Source: Yuukianura sp. NJ FZ-2021
Taxonomy: Eukaryota
Direction of reading: 5' to 3'
Length of the DNA stretch: 64,000 nt
Assembly (NCBI GenBank): GCA_046563655.1
Contig: CM102287.1
Coordinates: 4,154,001-4,218,000, forward strand
Below are positions 61,701 to 64,000 of the stretch, in pieces; the first letter of the stretch is position 1, and every line of letters begins with the position of its first letter. The position numbers and the translations under genes are program-made. The notes under the pieces were generated by a model. That model searched no databases. It was not told where the DNA came from and was given only the letters and a program-made list of their open reading frames with translations.

Positions 61701-64000
61701 CAATATCCAGGGACTCCAGCCCAACAAACGCTACACGTTTCGAGTTGTGCCATTTGATGACAAAGTGGTGGGTCAAAGTTCAAGTGAAATCACGGTCTTG
61801 ACTCAACCGGAAGTAGACGTTCCTGGACAACCAAGATTTTTGAAGGCGTGGCCAGTATCGCCTACTCGAGTGGACTTGCGCTGGGCTCCACCGGAAGTGA
61901 CAAATGGAAGGATCGAGCGATACAAAATCTTTTACGCTGAAGCGTCAGATCATGCTTATGATGGAAGTGATTTGGAAAAATTTTCGACCGAAGATTTAGA
62001 AACGCTGGACGAACTGGATGAAGAAGAGGATTACTTGATACCGAAAAACGGAGTTATTCAGAGTCTGACTGTGACGATACCGGAAGCATCGCTGGAAGAT
62101 TTGAGAATATTTACGGAGTATTTCATCTGGGTGGTGGCGATTAACCCGAATGGACCGGGAACAAATTCGGACCAAGTTCGGGTTACGACACTTTCCGATG
62201 CTCCGACCGATACGCCTCACAATGTCTCGGCTGAACCGGCATCGTCTACCGTAAGTTGACCAGTACCGTTTCGGTATTATATAAAGTGCTAAAAAGTTTT
62301 TGAAATTTTTCATTTGAAATGAAATTTTGCTTTTTAGAGTATCGTAATCCACTGGGATCCTCCACCACTGGAATTCCGAAACGGAATTATAACTGGATAC
62401 AAACTGAAGTATAAACAACGCGGACGGAAACGAGCTGAAACGCTGACGACCGATGGAAACAGTCGATCGCTGGCGCTGAATGACCTTGACAGAGGTGTGG
62501 AGCATCAAATCAAAATCGCTGCGCTGAATGTCAATGGCACTGGGCCGTTTACAGAGTGGGTCAGTGCTACAACTTTTCCAAGAGATTTGGACGAATCACA
62601 GGTTCCAGAAAAACCGAATTCCTTAACGGCTCAAGCCAATGCTGACAGCATCACCATCACGTGGTCTCCACCGCTGAATTCAAATCAAATGATTAGAGGT
62701 TACACAATTGGTTGGGGTACGACATTTTGAAAGTACATTTTCAAAATTTTGAAAAATGGATTTTAATTTTTTCTTTTTGAATTCCAGGCAAAGGAATTCC
62801 TGACGTCTACTCAAAAGTTGTTGACGGGAAGAAGCGATCGTACACCATAGAAAAACTGCAGCCGAATTTTGAGTACGTCATAAGCCTCCGAGCGTCAAAT
62901 CAAGTCGGAGATGGAATTCCAATCTACGAAAATGTCCGAACACGAGAATCAGCGTTGGACGAAAGTGACGACGGCCACCATCCGCGGTTTCGCGGTCCAC
63001 AACTGGCCACTCCGACTGGACTTCGAGCCATCATCATTTCGTCCAGCTCAGCAGTACTTTCTTGGACAGATACTTCGTTAAGCAAAGGTCAAATCGTTAC
63101 TGACCGAAGACATTATACTGTTCGCTATGCTCCGACAGACATTCTCGGTCTATCCAGGACAAAACCAGCGTACAAGTACATCAATTCCACTGCTCTCAAC
63201 TTGATCATCAACAATTTAAAAGGAAACACAATGTATGAATTCAGCGTCAAAGTTTCAAAAAGTTGGTTTTCATCGGAGTGGAGTCTGGTTGTGCTGAATA
63301 AAACGCTGGCAGCATCTACTGCTGCTCCGCCGCTTCCAGATTCCAGCTCAGCGATGCCTACGACTCCGAGCGGACCAGGGTCACACACAAGTGCGCAAGA
63401 TTTGACCTTGTTGGCAGTTACAGGGTAAGATCAAAAATTAAAAATGAAGTTTTTAATTTTTGATTGAAATTTTCAAAATTTTGAACTTGAGGTCTGAACT
63501 TTGGTTTTTAGCACTGATGAAACTTCTACTGTAATTCTGAATTGGCAACCACCGAAACTGAGCAGAAGTGAAGACCTGCGTGGCTATATTATCTTTTACA
63601 CCACGAATCCTCAGAAAGAGTGGGTGCAAGAGGCTGTTCCGGACGATGCTTTGACGTATCAAGTGTCCAACTTGACCCCTGACACGAAGTACTTCTTTCG
63701 TATGGTGACACGACTTAATAAAAGTGTCAGTCCATATACTGAAACTAAGACCGTGGTCACACCAACTACAGCGTCAGCCAAAGGAAATCCAGGAATTGTT
63801 CCTGGTGGAAACGGAAAAATCTCAACAGGTTGAAATCTGATATTGATCTCTGTTATGATTACTTTGAAATCATGAGATAGTAGTCCGTTATGATTACAGT
63901 TTTTGAATTTTTAGTTTCGATTTTCCGATTACAAATGTAATTGAAATTCACTGCTAACGTTTCAGTTTTTTTTGATTTTTTCAGATCCGGCAGCCAAGAC
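58738..64000 (+). CDS. Neogenin/DCC/frazzled-family receptor (Ig domains then FN3 domains), multi-exon, continues beyond window; first exons 58738-58801, 58882-58978, 59061-
   Basis: Signal-like start and Ig motifs FIVEPQD, LNCAA, WKKDG, WFKDG, DTAMYQC. FN3 motifs VPSAPRDL.A.LVSTRFVTLSW, GSDRERVVNT, NGIITGYK.KYK, AALNVNGTGP, IRGYTIGWG.GIPDVY, LNWQPP. Confidence 0.9.

Noticed and set aside
1..64000. tRNA/rRNA genes
   Set aside because: None recognisable by eye; tRNAscan-SE or Infernal would be needed to exclude them.

Overview
Intron-rich, AT-rich animal genomic DNA (probably a protostome or arthropod; the taxon cannot be fixed from sequence alone). From left to right: three tandem copies of an orphan secreted two-domain gene (1-5763); a small membrane-protein ORF that appears spliced onto RMI2; a canopy (CNPY3/4-like) gene; and a ~1550-aa multi-C2H2 zinc-finger gene. 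About 30 kb of rearranged direct and inverted duplicates of the canopy/ZF/PIP5K-3' block follow (~19-50 kb), dense in DNA-transposon insertions, foldbacks and minisatellites, several with empty sites in a paralogue. This block contains a decayed OTU-deubiquitinase/THAP-like transposase gene. The window ends with a type I PIP5K gene (-) head-to-head with a neogenin/DCC/frazzled gene (+) that runs off the end. All exon structures were read by eye from GT-AG sites and frame continuity; no database searches were run.
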